64,000 nucleotides of DNA from an uncultured archaeon (GCA_964558645.1 CAZLEV010000006.1:1-64000), one strand, 5' to 3'. Counted from the first letter of the stretch, positions 8,362 through 18,787 are shown. The notes: generated from the letters alone by a model not told the origin. A program made the numbers and translations.

Positions 8362-10941
8362 ATGAAGAACGACGCATTGGAGGAAGAAAGGACGAACGCG
8401 ACACTGACGTCGTGGTGGGCTATGCCGGTAGAGGATGTGCTCGTCAAGTTGGATGTCAACCCCACGACTGGTCTCTCAACTGAGAGAGTTCAGACGCAGC
8501 GAGCAGCCTTCGGTGCGAATCTCATGAGGGGTCTGGAACCAACCAGTCCCTGGACGTTGGTAGAGGAGAGCCTAAAGGAACCAATGATGGTGTTGTTGCT
8601 GTCTATTGCCGCGGTCTCCCTCGTCTTCGGCGAGTTAGTCCAAGCGACGGTGATGGTGTTTGTCGTTGCTGCATATATCGGGGTCGAGTTTCTCAACAAA
8701 TACCGATCCGACCGCACAATGACCCGCCTAAGAGAGCTTACTCAACCAACTACACGAGTCGTCCGCGAGAGAGAGGAACAAGAGATTCCAACGGCGAATG
8801 TCGTCGTTGGCGACATAATAGTCCTGTCGACAGGCGTCCGTGTTGCAGCAGATGCTCGGCTAGTAAGATCGAGCGGCCTCCTAGTCAATGAGGCTCCCCT
8901 GACAGGTGAATCTGAACCCATCAGGAAGCGGGCAAATGCAGAGGTGTCTGAGGAAACTAATCTTGCAGATATTACGAATAGCGTCTTTTCCGGCACGACA
9001 GTCCTCAATGGTGAAGGAAAGGCAGTCGTTCTGGCAGTGGGACGCAATACCGAGTTTGGAAAGATTGCGGAACAGGTCCGCGCAGCAGGGAGAGAGCGAA
9101 CCGCACTACAGCAGGCAATGACTCAACTGTCCAAGACCCTTGCCCTGTTTGCAGTCCTTGTCAGCATTGTCATTCCTGTTGTTGGATTTCTGCGAGGGTT
9201 CGCTCTGGAGCAGATGGTGCTGACATGGCTGGCTCTCACTTTTCTGATGGTCCCGGGCCAACCACCCGTCATCATCACGATGGCACTAGCTCTTGCATCC
9301 TTCGAACTTGCACGGAAGAACGTCGTGGTTAAGCAGCTAAGCGGAGCAGAAACACTCGGCTCAGTGACGTCCATCCTCACGGATAAGACTGGGACAATAA
9401 CAGAGAATCGAATGCAAGTTGAGAAGTTTGTGCTGGCAGACGGAACTGAGAAGGAGCCACAGAGTCTTCCTCAGAGGATCAGGGCAAGGATTTTTCTCGC
9501 ACTTCCAAACCATATCAATGACCCCACCGATGAAGCAGTGCAGAGAGCAATCGACACGGATACAGAACAAGAGAAACCTGTGCCGGCTCTATTTGAGGGG
9601 TTCTCTGATGAGCATCCTTGGCGGAACCTGAACTATCGCATGGGCGAGAAGTATGTCCATGCCATAGCCGGAGAGCCCGAGCTCTTAGTGGACGCCTCCG
9701 GCCTTTCTGAAGAGAGAAGGAGAAGTCTGAAGAAACGAGTGGCGGAAGAGGGAGATGCGGGCAGGCGCGTTGTTGCTTTTGCCTCTGTGGAAACGGACGC
9801 GAAGACCCTCGGCGAGTTGAAGGGGTTGGAGCTCGAGGCGTTGGCAGTTCTGGAGGACCCAGTTCGTCCTGGACTACAGGATGCAGTCGTTGCCCTAAGA
9901 GCTGCAGGCATTGAAACCTTCATAGTGACCGGAGATCATGCTGCAATCACGAAGACCGTCGCCAGTAAGATTGGTGTCGAAAGCAGAATAGTGACCGGTA
10001 ATCAGCTACGGAGTATGAGCGACGCCGAACTGATGGAGAGCCTCCGCTCAGTTCGCATCTTCGCTCGCACAGCTCCATCGCAGAAGCTACGCCTAGTGGA
10101 GGCATTGCAGGAGATGGGACAGCGAGTTGCTGTGATCGGAGATGGTGTGAATGACACTCCTGCTATCAAGGCTGCTGACGTTGGTGTGGCCATGGGCGAG
10201 ATTGGTACTGATCTCGCCAAGGAGACCGCTGATCTCGTATTGACAGATGACAACTATATCCACATTCGTGATGCCGTGGAGATTGGGAGGAGAGCTATCG
10301 ACAATTTCAGAAAGGGTCTGACATACTACTTCTCCGCGAAGGCGATACTCCTCTTCATCTTCATTATTCCCCTAGCTCTTGGAGTTCCCTTCCCTCTCTC
10401 GCCAATCCATATCATCATGATCGAACTTCTGATGGATCTTGCGTCATCGACAATCTTCGTATCGGAGGTTGCAGAGCCTGGTATCTTGAAACGGCCTCCG
10501 CAGAGTATTGGTGAGTATCTGGAGCTGCCAATTATTGTGAGAATCATCAGAAACAGCGCAGCACTCACCGTTGGAATCCTGCTCATGTATCTGTCCCTCT
10601 ACTTGGGGACGGGAGAGGTTGTCCTCTCACGGACAGCCGCTCTTGTGACTTGGCTTCTTGGGCATATTCTACTGGCACTCAATCTGAAGCAGGAAAAGAC
10701 ACCCCTTCTGAAGCAGGGTTTCTTCTCCAATCGCTTCGGTGCATTCTGGTTGCTCAGCATGATTGCACTGGCGGCCCTGATCACGAATGTCCCCTTTGTG
10801 TTCCCGTTTCTAGACACAACCTCGCTCCCTCTGGAGGTATGGTTGCAGGTCTTGATGATCGTCTTGGCTTCGACATTCTGGCTGGAGGCGCTCAAGTGGA
10901 TCCAACTGAAGAGAGATTCCGTCAATCTGAAGGGCACCTGA
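8362..10941 (+). CDS. P2-type cation-transporting P-type ATPase
   Basis: TGES, DKTGT, TGD, GDGVND motifs; multiple TM segments; M4 reads VPGQPP. Confidence 0.95.
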   Translation: MKNDALEEERTNATLTSWWAMPVEDVLVKLDVNPTTGLSTERVQTQRAAFGANLMRGLEPTSPWTLVEESLKEPMMVLLLSIAAVSLVFGELVQATVMVFVVAAYIGVEFLNKYRSDRTMTRLRELTQPTTRVVREREEQEIPTANVVVGDIIVLSTGVRVAADARLVRSSGLLVNEAPLTGESEPIRKRANAEVSEETNLADITNSVFSGTTVLNGEGKAVVLAVGRNTEFGKIAEQVRAAGRERTALQQAMTQLSKTLALFAVLVSIVIPVVGFLRGFALEQMVLTWLALTFLMVPGQPPVIITMALALASFELARKNVVVKQLSGAETLGSVTSILTDKTGTITENRMQVEKFVLADGTEKEPQSLPQRIRARIFLALPNHINDPTDEAVQRAIDTDTEQEKPVPALFEGFSDEHPWRNLNYRMGEKYVHAIAGEPELLVDASGLSEERRRSLKKRVAEEGDAGRRVVAFASVETDAKTLGELKGLELEALAVLEDPVRPGLQDAVVALRAAGIETFIVTGDHAAITKTVASKIGVESRIVTGNQLRSMSDAELMESLRSVRIFARTAPSQKLRLVEALQEMGQRVAVIGDGVNDTPAIKAADVGVAMGEIGTDLAKETADLVLTDDNYIHIRDAVEIGRRAIDNFRKGLTYYFSAKAILLFIFIIPLALGVPFPLSPIHIIMIELLMDLASSTIFVSEVAEPGILKRPPQSIGEYLELPIIVRIIRNSAALTVGILLMYLSLYLGTGEVVLSRTAALVTWLLGHILLALNLKQEKTPLLKQGFFSNRFGAFWLLSMIALAALITNVPFVFPFLDTTSLPLEVWLQVLMIVLASTFWLEALKWIQLKRDSVNLKGT

Positions 10942-11037
10942 GCCATACAGCAATAGGTTCCGCCATGCAACGGAGAATCGTAGGCTGTATCGCAGTGATT
11001 TTTCATAGGTGATGAGGTTCAGATTTCTCCATGACCT

Positions 11038-12783
11038 TTATCCATCTAATCTCTGTCCACCTTCGAACGCGATACTGCCCTGCAGCCACGGCTGAAGCTC
11101 GATATCGAGCTGACTATGAATCTGGGCGATTGACAGCCATGGAGCGCCGAGCTTCAAACGAGCTGCTCGTTTCGAACCTATTCCTGGAATTGCACTGAGC
11201 TGGGACAGGCTGGCAGAATTGATAGGGAAGGGATGGGAGAGCACAGTGACAGATCGCGGGCCGTGATCGATCACAACAACGTCTGTGACCGACGTTGTGG
11301 GGGTCCCAGGCATGTGACAGAGGAGGGGGTACGAAGCCAGCGGTCGGAGCAGGCTGCTCTTCCCTCGTTCTTTCTCGAGAAATGCAGATCGTATGATAGT
11401 CCCTGCAGGGGCCACTCTCTGGAGCATGGGAGTATCAATCTCTCTCCGGATCCGCTCCTTATGCTTCAGAAATGCACTGTGTGAGATGGCAGGAGAGGAC
11501 GACTCCAACAGGGAAGTTCCCGGAAGGCCAACCACCTGCCGGATGTTGATTCTCCGAACAAGGAGGTCGGCATCCCGTAGTCGCTCCAGGAAAGACAGAT
11601 TATGTTCGAGTGTCGCCTCTCTCTCTCCGGGAAGACCGTAGAGAAGATTGATTCCGGGGAGCAGATGCGGGAGTTCTCTTGGAGGGGCTTGGGCACCCAC
11701 TTCATTGAGCGTTGCTACTGCTTTGAAGGCCTCATCAGCAGTCACCTTGAGATTGTTGCGGCGAATCACCTCTGGATCCACCGATTCTATACCGAAGGCC
11801 GCCACATCGCCGACAGTGTGATACTTCATGATGCTCTTAGCGACCTGCCTGCTCTCTTCTGGATAGTGTGCAATGGTGCCAGGATTGACGTTATCGATAT
11901 GAAGAACCTCGACATCTGGAGCCGCTGCTCTGATCTTTGAGAAGAGATCCTGAACCTGGTGCACGGCCGGAGTAGGGAATTCGTGTTCCCCAATCTCCCT
12001 CGAGCCGTATGCGAAGATATCACTCTGACGACCCAGTCGAAATGCTCGGATTCCCTCCCCATATAATGCTTGAATCTCTCTGGCGATGTCCAGAGGCTCT
12101 CGAGTCTGGGGTGGTCCATAGTTGGGCTCAATGCAGAAGGAGCAACCCCCTACAACATATCGAGGACACCCCCGGTAGGTCTCAATCTCACAGATTAGAT
12201 AATTGCGCTTGAAGTTCGGATGTTGCCTCACAATCTGAGCGCCGCGGACCGAAAAGGGTTCGATCTCAGAGGCAGAGGTTCGCGATGTATCGAGAGAGAC
12301 CCGGGAGAAATCGCCTCCCTCCATCAGTGCACTGTAGATGACTAGTTCTGGATCACCCGTCACGATGTGGTCAAAGGGAGGGGATAGTTCATCCGGACTC
12401 AGCGCAAGTCGTCCACCTTCTAAGCCACAACCAAATTGAGCCCAGGGTCCCACAAGCACTTTTTGGATGTCTGCAAGTCTAGGATCAGAAAACAGATGTC
12501 TGGTTTCCCGCACAGAGATAGGGGTGCCACCCAAGTATTTCCCTGGTACAATCATGCCTGCAATGAGGATCAGTAAGTCACTGCGTGCCCAGACCTCTTG
12601 AGCCTTCTCGAAACTGAGCCTGACCTCGTCAATTGTCTGGTAGAGAATCTCAGTCTGAGGGTCGGACGACCATATAGCGCCAGCGATGTATCGAGGATAT
12701 GTACTGACGTAGGGAGGTACCCCAAGACAGGTGGGTTCGTCCACATAACCATCTAGTAGAACTATTCTGACGTGGCATCCCAC
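11038..12783 (-). CDS. Radical SAM protein with C-terminal helix-hairpin-helix (COG1031-like)
   Basis: DGYVDEP.CLGVPPY N-terminus, RGCPRYVVGGCSFC, IPGIGSKRA HhH. Confidence 0.85.
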   Translation of the reverse strand: MGCHVRIVLLDGYVDEPTCLGVPPYVSTYPRYIAGAIWSSDPQTEILYQTIDEVRLSFEKAQEVWARSDLLILIAGMIVPGKYLGGTPISVRETRHLFSDPRLADIQKVLVGPWAQFGCGLEGGRLALSPDELSPPFDHIVTGDPELVIYSALMEGGDFSRVSLDTSRTSASEIEPFSVRGAQIVRQHPNFKRNYLICEIETYRGCPRYVVGGCSFCIEPNYGPPQTREPLDIAREIQALYGEGIRAFRLGRQSDIFAYGSREIGEHEFPTPAVHQVQDLFSKIRAAAPDVEVLHIDNVNPGTIAHYPEESRQVAKSIMKYHTVGDVAAFGIESVDPEVIRRNNLKVTADEAFKAVATLNEVGAQAPPRELPHLLPGINLLYGLPGEREATLEHNLSFLERLRDADLLVRRINIRQVVGLPGTSLLESSSPAISHSAFLKHKERIRREIDTPMLQRVAPAGTIIRSAFLEKERGKSSLLRPLASYPLLCHMPGTPTTSVTDVVVIDHGPRSVTVLSHPFPINSASLSQLSAIPGIGSKRAARLKLGAPWLSIAQIHSQLDIELQPWLQGSIAFEGGQRLDG

Positions 12784-13766
12784 CCTCTAAGACTGTCGTA
12801 TCCGGAATCGGCCACGTGGACTGCCCCTTCACTTGACTCATATACTACACCCTTTCCATCCTTTGCAGAACCAATCTCCCTGAGAGGGACACTCTGTTGC
12901 TCGGCGATGCCTAGAGCAATGTCCCACTTGTCTTGAGGAACAGTGACTACCAGAATGAACTCCTCCCCTCCTCTCATGACCAGTTCTAGCTCATCGAGAT
13001 TGTTCTCTCGGGCAAACTTCCATACCTCAGGGAAGATTGGCAGTCGGTCTATTATGAAAGCCAGCCCACACTGTCGTGCCATTGTATGCAGTGTGATTCC
13101 AAGTCCATCACTGCTGTCCATCGAGGCAGATATTGCCTCATTTTCAGCAAGGACTGCAACAAAATTATGGTGGATATGCGGTTTGTATGCGGCAGCAAGG
13201 GCAGCATACCTGAGGTCGTTCTCCAAATCGCGGCCTCTTATCAGGTGCTCGTAGGCAACTGCTGTGAGGCCAAATGGCCCAGTGGTTGCTACGATATCTC
13301 CCGCTCTCGTGCCACCACGTGGAACAATCCTCCCAGGAGGGGCAGTTCCTATTGCCACGCCCGTCACTACAACATCCTCAGCGCAGCCCAAATCTCCCCC
13401 CATAAATGGAATCCCAATCTTGAGTCCGTACTCTGAATATCCTCGAACTATCTCCCTTGCCTCTTCATGGGAGTACTTCTCAGGGATACAGAGAGAGAGC
13501 ATGAGTGCCATTGGTGCTGCGCCCTTTGCAACAACATCACTCACTGCCATCACTGCAGTCTTGTATCCAACCTGCGCCGCGGTCATGCCAGGAAGCCAAT
13601 CGGTCTTACGGACAAACGTGTCAACATTGATGACTAGGTTGGTTTCCGACCCTAAGGGGATATCTGAGGCGTCATCGTCGAAACCGAGTATTGCCCCTGT
13701 AGGCTTCTTTATCAGATGACGTATACTCCGTAGAAAAGAACGTTCGCTCCCTGTATCTGATTGCAC
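12762..13766 (-). CDS. thiL: Thiamine-monophosphate kinase
   Basis: DDDAS, SDVVAKGA, GGD, MDSSDGL, GGEEF motifs. Confidence 0.9.
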   Translation of the reverse strand: MQSDTGSERSFLRSIRHLIKKPTGAILGFDDDASDIPLGSETNLVINVDTFVRKTDWLPGMTAAQVGYKTAVMAVSDVVAKGAAPMALMLSLCIPEKYSHEEAREIVRGYSEYGLKIGIPFMGGDLGCAEDVVVTGVAIGTAPPGRIVPRGGTRAGDIVATTGPFGLTAVAYEHLIRGRDLENDLRYAALAAAYKPHIHHNFVAVLAENEAISASMDSSDGLGITLHTMARQCGLAFIIDRLPIFPEVWKFARENNLDELELVMRGGEEFILVVTVPQDKWDIALGIAEQQSVPLREIGSAKDGKGVVYESSEGAVHVADSGYDSLRGWDATSE

Positions 13767-13844
13767 CTGCAGACCTCGATATAGATGGCGAGCGTGCCAG
13801 TGATAAAGTTTTATAACTGAAGCAAGAAGACTCGCTCACAGCAA

Positions 13845-13952
13845 GCCTCGGTGGCTAAGCGGTCTACAGCGTCTGCCTCGTAAGCAGAAAAACAGAGGGT
13901 TGATTACCAATCTCTGGTCGACTCGCGGGTTCAAATCCCGCCCGGGGCTCCA
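13845..13952 (+). tRNA. tRNA-Thr(CGT) with a ~31-nt insertion in the variable region
   Basis: GCCTCGG/CCGGGGC acceptor, TCTGC-CTCGTAA-GCAGA anticodon arm, GCGGG-TTCAAAT-CCCGC T arm, CCA; TATA-like TTTTATAA at ~13809. Confidence 0.85.
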
Positions 13953-14048
13953 CTTTTCCCTCTTTGGCGTTGTGGGCATTGTGCAGGTTTCCATAGGATT
14001 AAGAGTGGAGATTCAGCACGTTTACAGTACACTGGAGGTGAAAGGGTA

Positions 14049-14141
14049 ATGAAAAATGACAAAGACAGTGAAGATAAGCGTCGACGAGAACAGCAGAGAC
14101 CTCTGCCGCCGTTCGAGTGGTTCGCGGCAGCAACCAGATAA
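14049..14141 (+). CDS. Putative 30-aa small protein MKNDKDSEDKRRREQQRPLPPFEWFAAATR
   Basis: GGAGGTGA Shine-Dalgarno upstream; below the ORF-track length cutoff. Confidence 0.35.
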   Translation: MKNDKDSEDKRRREQQRPLPPFEWFAAATR

Positions 14142-14251
14142 TGAATACCACTCCCAAGATCTTGCGGAATCCGGTGGCAAGTCATCAGTGCCATCCTGCT
14201 CCGCATGAATCTACTTCTTCTGAATCATCAATTCATGCCCATTCCAGTCTG

Positions 14252-14497
14252 TCAGCAATAGGTGTAGAGTTCGGGTGGCAGGCGAACCTTACATTCATCC
14301 AGTCTTGGGGTGAAACCAGGAAACGGAATCTCATCCCCAAAGTATCGGGATCCCAGACCTTTGCAGGTGCCCGTTTCTTCTTGATAGTATCTGCAGAACT
14401 GGCATTGTAGTGTGTCATCTGGAGGCTCGGCTACAGGAACTTCAACAAATCCTGCACAGCGTCGATCCCAGACTCTGTCAAGTCTGACATATTTCAT
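14252..14497 (-). CDS. Small Cys-rich hypothetical protein
   Basis: CQFC..C..C pattern; TATA-like TATATA upstream. Confidence 0.5.
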   Translation of the reverse strand: MKYVRLDRVWDRRCAGFVEVPVAEPPDDTLQCQFCRYYQEETGTCKGLGSRYFGDEIPFPGFTPRLDECKVRLPPELYTYC

Positions 14498-14620
14498 GAC
14501 CTACCGTTTTGCCTAACAGTATATAGTGACCACGCAACACCGGAAACCTGATGTCAATCCCGAAAGGGTAATAAGCGGAAGGAATCGGACTAGACAGCAC
14601 ACGGCCCTTAGAAGACTTAT

Positions 14621-14738
14621 GCGGAGGTTGCCAAGCCTGGCCAAAGGCGCTAGGTTGAGGGCCTAGATTTCGTGGTCTTCCACCACGGAAAGGCTATCTC
14701 GTAGGGGTTCGCGAGTTCAAATCTCGCCCTCCGCACCA
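14621..14738 (+). tRNA. tRNA-Leu(GAG) with a non-canonical 30-nt intron at 43/44 (14667-14696)
   Basis: GCGGAGG/CCTCCGC acceptor, CTAGG-TTGAGGG-CCTAG arm; bulge-helix-bulge with helix GCCT/AGGC and bulges AG|A and TA|T. Confidence 0.92.
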
Positions 14739-15035
14739 CTTTCTCTTCTCTCAGAACATCTACATTTCTCCATCCCTTCCTTCTCTGATGGCGTTACTCT
14801 GCTGTTGAGAGGAGGAACTGAGAGATTGATACGTCCATTGATTGACAAGGGAGTACCTCTGTAGTGTGTATGTTCTGAGAAGCTGACATCATTCTCAGGT
14901 GAGTGTGCTGAAACATACACGGTACTATTAGTTCTCTCAAGCTGTTTTCTCAGTGATTCCCAAGACTAACGAAGATGCCTGCAGCTCCTTCTGCTGTCTT
15001 TATGTGGAACTGAGTATTCCTCTCTGACTGGACAC

Positions 15036-15497
15036 GTGATGATTGTGACACACATTCGCGTATGCGTTAGGGGACTAGTACGAAACGGTAAGCGAATTCT
15101 AGTCTCCTCTGAAGCATGGCCCACTAAGGGCGATAGATTCTATCTCCTACCAGGGGGCGCAGTCAAGTACGGGGAGTATGCTCGCCACGCAATCGTTCGT
15201 GAGTTCGAAGAGGAGTTGGGTGATTGCGTGGAGAATGTGAGGTATCTGGGAGTGCTGGAGAATATCTTCGAGACTTCTCTGGGCCTCGGCCACGAAATAG
15301 TATTGGTGTATGAGGCCGATCTTGTTGACAAGGCCCTCTATGAAAAGGATAAGATAGTTGGAGTAGAGGACGATATCGATGACCCGGAGCTATATGGTAG
15401 TGATGCACTCTCACTTGAGTTCTATTGGAAGTCAGAAGAAGAGATGAGAAGAGAAGGACGCCCGCTATATCCAGAGGGCGTAGAACGATTCTTCTAA
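15036..15497 (+). CDS. NUDIX hydrolase
   Basis: Nudix box GGAVKYGEYARHAIVREFEEELG. Confidence 0.9.
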   Translation: MMIVTHIRVCVRGLVRNGKRILVSSEAWPTKGDRFYLLPGGAVKYGEYARHAIVREFEEELGDCVENVRYLGVLENIFETSLGLGHEIVLVYEADLVDKALYEKDKIVGVEDDIDDPELYGSDALSLEFYWKSEEEMRREGRPLYPEGVERFF

Positions 15498-16163
15498 AGC
15501 TGCAGGAACCGTTCATTGTAAGCTGTACAATCCTGGATATCAGAGTGTCTTACGTCCATGGAACGGCAAGAGAGCAACTTCGTAGGGTATACTAACAGCT
15601 ACAGCATACTTGGCCAGAGTTGGACAGTTCAGCGCAGGAGTTCATACACTCCAGTCCATGACTGAGAGCTGGTCACTCACACACCATCGCGGATCACGAC
15701 AGAGACCACCCTGTGCGGTTACCGAGGGGACAACGCTCTGGTGTCCAAGTTTGGCCAACATGCAATGAACAGTCATCCCAAGACCTCAAGGAGTTCAACC
15801 CAGAGCCATATCTGGAAGGGCAACACATGGAGCCAGGGAAGAGTTTATCCGTTTTCTAGGACAGTCGTCTAATTACTTCCCAAGACTCTTGCGGGTGTCT
15901 ACAACTCAAAGAGGCTACTAATTCGGAGACCCGCCTCCATGATGAGAGAAATAGCGAGAGGCGGGTCGTTTGAGGGAGGCAAGTGCAACAAGTTCTTGCT
16001 GGTGTGGTTGCGTCAACACAGAGTACGACTCGGCCAATTTAAGGAGCACATGAGTCCGGTCTGCATCTGTACGGAAGACAACGCACATTCTTGGAGAATG
16101 CATGGTGCACTATTGCGATAATCGGCATCAGAATGGGAACGTATAAAGGAGGAGGGGCTTGCG

Positions 16164-17213
16164 ATGAAGACAAGAACCGGTTGGTGCCAAGACTTGACGA
16201 CGCCTCAGATAGGGATTATAGGTACAGGGAATATGGGCAAGATCCATGCCAGAGTGCTGAACAACGCAAGAGCTCTGGCCGGAGTTGCGGATACCGACTT
16301 CGAGAAGGCGAAACAGGTGTCTGAGATCTACCAAGTACCCGCGTTTGGGGATTTTGAAGCAATGCTTCAAGAGGTAGCCTTAGACGGCGTCATCATAGCA
16401 ACACCGACGTTTACTCATGCAATCATCGCTGAAAAGATTGCTGACAAGTATGACTCCGTGAAAGGGATTCTTATCGAGAAACCACTCGCGTCGAACCTAC
16501 AGGATGCTGAGAGGGTTGCGAGCGTTCTCAATCGAAAGAAGATTGGAGCAGTTGTCTCACACTCAGAGATTTACAATCCTGTGGTCGAGAGAGCCTTGAG
16601 TCTTATCATGAGTGGAGATATCGGAAAGCCCCGAACCGTCGTGCATGATAGAAGAGGGTTTGTTCAACCCTCACGGATTCCGTCACTTGGTGATGTCTTT
16701 GAGGATATTGGGGTTCATGACTTCGATATCATGTCGAGAATGAGTAGCGGTCCTGGCCGTCTATTCGCTCAGGGGTGCATTCAAGAAGGGACCTATAACT
16801 CGGGAACTGTTCTCATCAAGTTCGCTAGTGGTACAGAACACGTCTTCCATCTATCCCGTCAGTACGTGGGACGAAAGCGGGTCATGGACGTTTCAGGCAC
16901 AAAGGGGACTCTTGTACTGGATCTGTTTGCCCAGATAATCAGAATACAGGACTTGGACCAAGAGCCATCAGCTGATAGTAGAACAATCAAGTTACCTCAA
17001 AGAGGTGCCACTATCAAGGTCTATGGCGAACCAGTTCAAGAAGTGATCAATGACTTTCTGAAATGCATCGAAACTGGGTCGAGGCCGCGGGTCGGTCTTG
17101 ATGACGGCATTGCGGCTTTGCGTATCGTGGAAGCCGCACGGAAGAGCGCAAATTCTGGAGAGGCTGTGGAAATCAATATTCAGCCGAGAACAGAGACATC
17201 ACCTACCAAGTAG
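16164..17213 (+). CDS. Gfo/Idh/MocA family oxidoreductase
   Basis: GTGNMG, EKP, DIGVHDFD. Confidence 0.9.
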   Translation: MKTRTGWCQDLTTPQIGIIGTGNMGKIHARVLNNARALAGVADTDFEKAKQVSEIYQVPAFGDFEAMLQEVALDGVIIATPTFTHAIIAEKIADKYDSVKGILIEKPLASNLQDAERVASVLNRKKIGAVVSHSEIYNPVVERALSLIMSGDIGKPRTVVHDRRGFVQPSRIPSLGDVFEDIGVHDFDIMSRMSSGPGRLFAQGCIQEGTYNSGTVLIKFASGTEHVFHLSRQYVGRKRVMDVSGTKGTLVLDLFAQIIRIQDLDQEPSADSRTIKLPQRGATIKVYGEPVQEVINDFLKCIETGSRPRVGLDDGIAALRIVEAARKSANSGEAVEINIQPRTETSPTK

Positions 17214-18502
17214 GTCTTCTCAGCGGAGGAAATCTTCACCCCTATGGTTGAGCCCAGTTGCACATCGTCGTCTATGATGACCGGCCTATAGGATGGAGTG
17301 CGAGCCAAGAGACCGCCCTTCGGAGCCACAGAAGTCACAATCACAGGTCCGGTCCACCCAAGCCACGAGTTTGCCTTCTCTAATAGAATAGCGCTCACCA
17401 AACGAGATATTTCCCGGCTCCTGTTCTTCTTCACTGAAGTGTCAACCTTGTCACTGGACTCCGAAGCCGGTGTTCCCGGCCGATCACCATACTTGGATAT
17501 GTTGGTGATCTCCGGCCGCATACTTCTAATCAGATCCATCGTGGCAGCGAAATCGACCTCGGTCTCTCCTGGATGCCCCACGATGATATCCGTGGCGACT
17601 GTAGAACATGGAAATCTCTCACGAATGGCGCGAATAACTGATTCCCACTCGGTAACTGAATACTGTCGATTCATGGCATGAAGGACGTTATCACTGCCTG
17701 ACTGCACAGGCAAATGAAAGAACCTGAAGAAGTGCTGCGACTTCATTACCCTCAGCAATGCACCCAATGAATCGGAGATTAGGTTGCAGTTAAACATCCC
17801 TAGCCTGAAGCGATAATCTCCTGCAATCTCATCAAGCTCCGATAAGAGGTCAACAAGATTCTCACCGGTGTCTGCACCATATGCTGCTGCATCTTGCGCT
17901 GTAAGTCGTATCTCCTTATAACCCGATGTCACTGCTTCGCTTACAACTTCTCTGAGTGAGGAGATAGAGTAACTGCGTATAGATTCTCTTGCGAATCGCA
18001 CTGCGCAATAGCTACAGGCACCCAAGCATCCTTCACAGATGGGAATTGTGCAGATGACACTATGAGGGGGACCTTGGAAGTATCTGAGTTTGGAGCCTGT
18101 ATCTGGTTCTAGGTCAATGATTCCGCGTTCACCCTTGAGAACAGTCTGGAATACAGAACCCAGTTTCTCAATCGATTGAGGGCCCAGTATAGCCGCATGA
18201 TTCGGAGCAGCATCGAGCAGACGTGACAGATTGATCTTGGGAAGACAGCCGGTGATGATGAGAGGAGTACCAGTCTTGTCTAGCTCACCTATGCGATGAA
18301 TAACTCTGTCCTCAGTTGGCTCTTTAACGCCACACGTATTCACAATCAGGACATCGGCAGCATCGAGTTCTTGCACCCTTTCTCCTCCGATGAGAGCGAG
18401 GCGCCCAACAATCAGGTCAGAATCGGCCATGTTCAATGAACAGCCGTAGGTTTCAAGATAATATGCAAGGACCAACAGCCTATCACACTCCACCTTGAAC
18501 AT
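17180..18502 (-). CDS. MiaB-family tRNA methylthiotransferase (archaeal MtaB/CDKAL1 type); true start probably TTG near 18474
   Basis: ETYGCSLN, NTCGVK, TGCL (UPF0004), CLGACSYC radical SAM motif, C-terminal TRAM domain. Confidence 0.9.
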   Translation of the reverse strand: MFKVECDRLLVLAYYLETYGCSLNMADSDLIVGRLALIGGERVQELDAADVLIVNTCGVKEPTEDRVIHRIGELDKTGTPLIITGCLPKINLSRLLDAAPNHAAILGPQSIEKLGSVFQTVLKGERGIIDLEPDTGSKLRYFQGPPHSVICTIPICEGCLGACSYCAVRFARESIRSYSISSLREVVSEAVTSGYKEIRLTAQDAAAYGADTGENLVDLLSELDEIAGDYRFRLGMFNCNLISDSLGALLRVMKSQHFFRFFHLPVQSGSDNVLHAMNRQYSVTEWESVIRAIRERFPCSTVATDIIVGHPGETEVDFAATMDLIRSMRPEITNISKYGDRPGTPASESSDKVDTSVKKNRSREISRLVSAILLEKANSWLGWTGPVIVTSVAPKGGLLARTPSYRPVIIDDDVQLGSTIGVKISSAEKTYLVGDVSVLG

Positions 18503-18770
18503 GGGGCAGAATCGCTATTTCATCGCCCTGTCTGACCGAAGTGTCAAGGCCGTCCAGAAGATCTATGTCATGCCCGTTCAACATGACTATCAGATTGCCG
18601 CTGATAGCACCATTGTTGTTCAATAAGATGTTTTCGAGTTCTAGTCCAAACTTCTTGATTGCCGCTGTGATTATATCATGCACATTAGCAGCGGGCGTAG
18701 CTTCAAGCGAGACTACGGATTGGCCTATGGCTCTCCTGATAGTTCCGAATACCTTCAATCTGATTTTCAA
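18483..18770 (-). CDS. MoaD/ThiS/SAMP ubiquitin-like protein ending in GGV
   Basis: MKIRLKVFG...VMLNG...GDEIAILPHVQGGV. Confidence 0.88.
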   Translation of the reverse strand: MKIRLKVFGTIRRAIGQSVVSLEATPAANVHDIITAAIKKFGLELENILLNNNGAISGNLIVMLNGHDIDLLDGLDTSVRQGDEIAILPHVQGGV

Positions 18771-18787
18771 TTGTTGACCTCTGCGTT

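Noticed and set aside
1931-14931. GGTACTATTAG occurs downstream of both tRNA-Arg (1931) and tRNA-Leu (14921)
   Set aside because: An 11-mer match is expected many times by chance in 64 kb, and the flanks do not extend it
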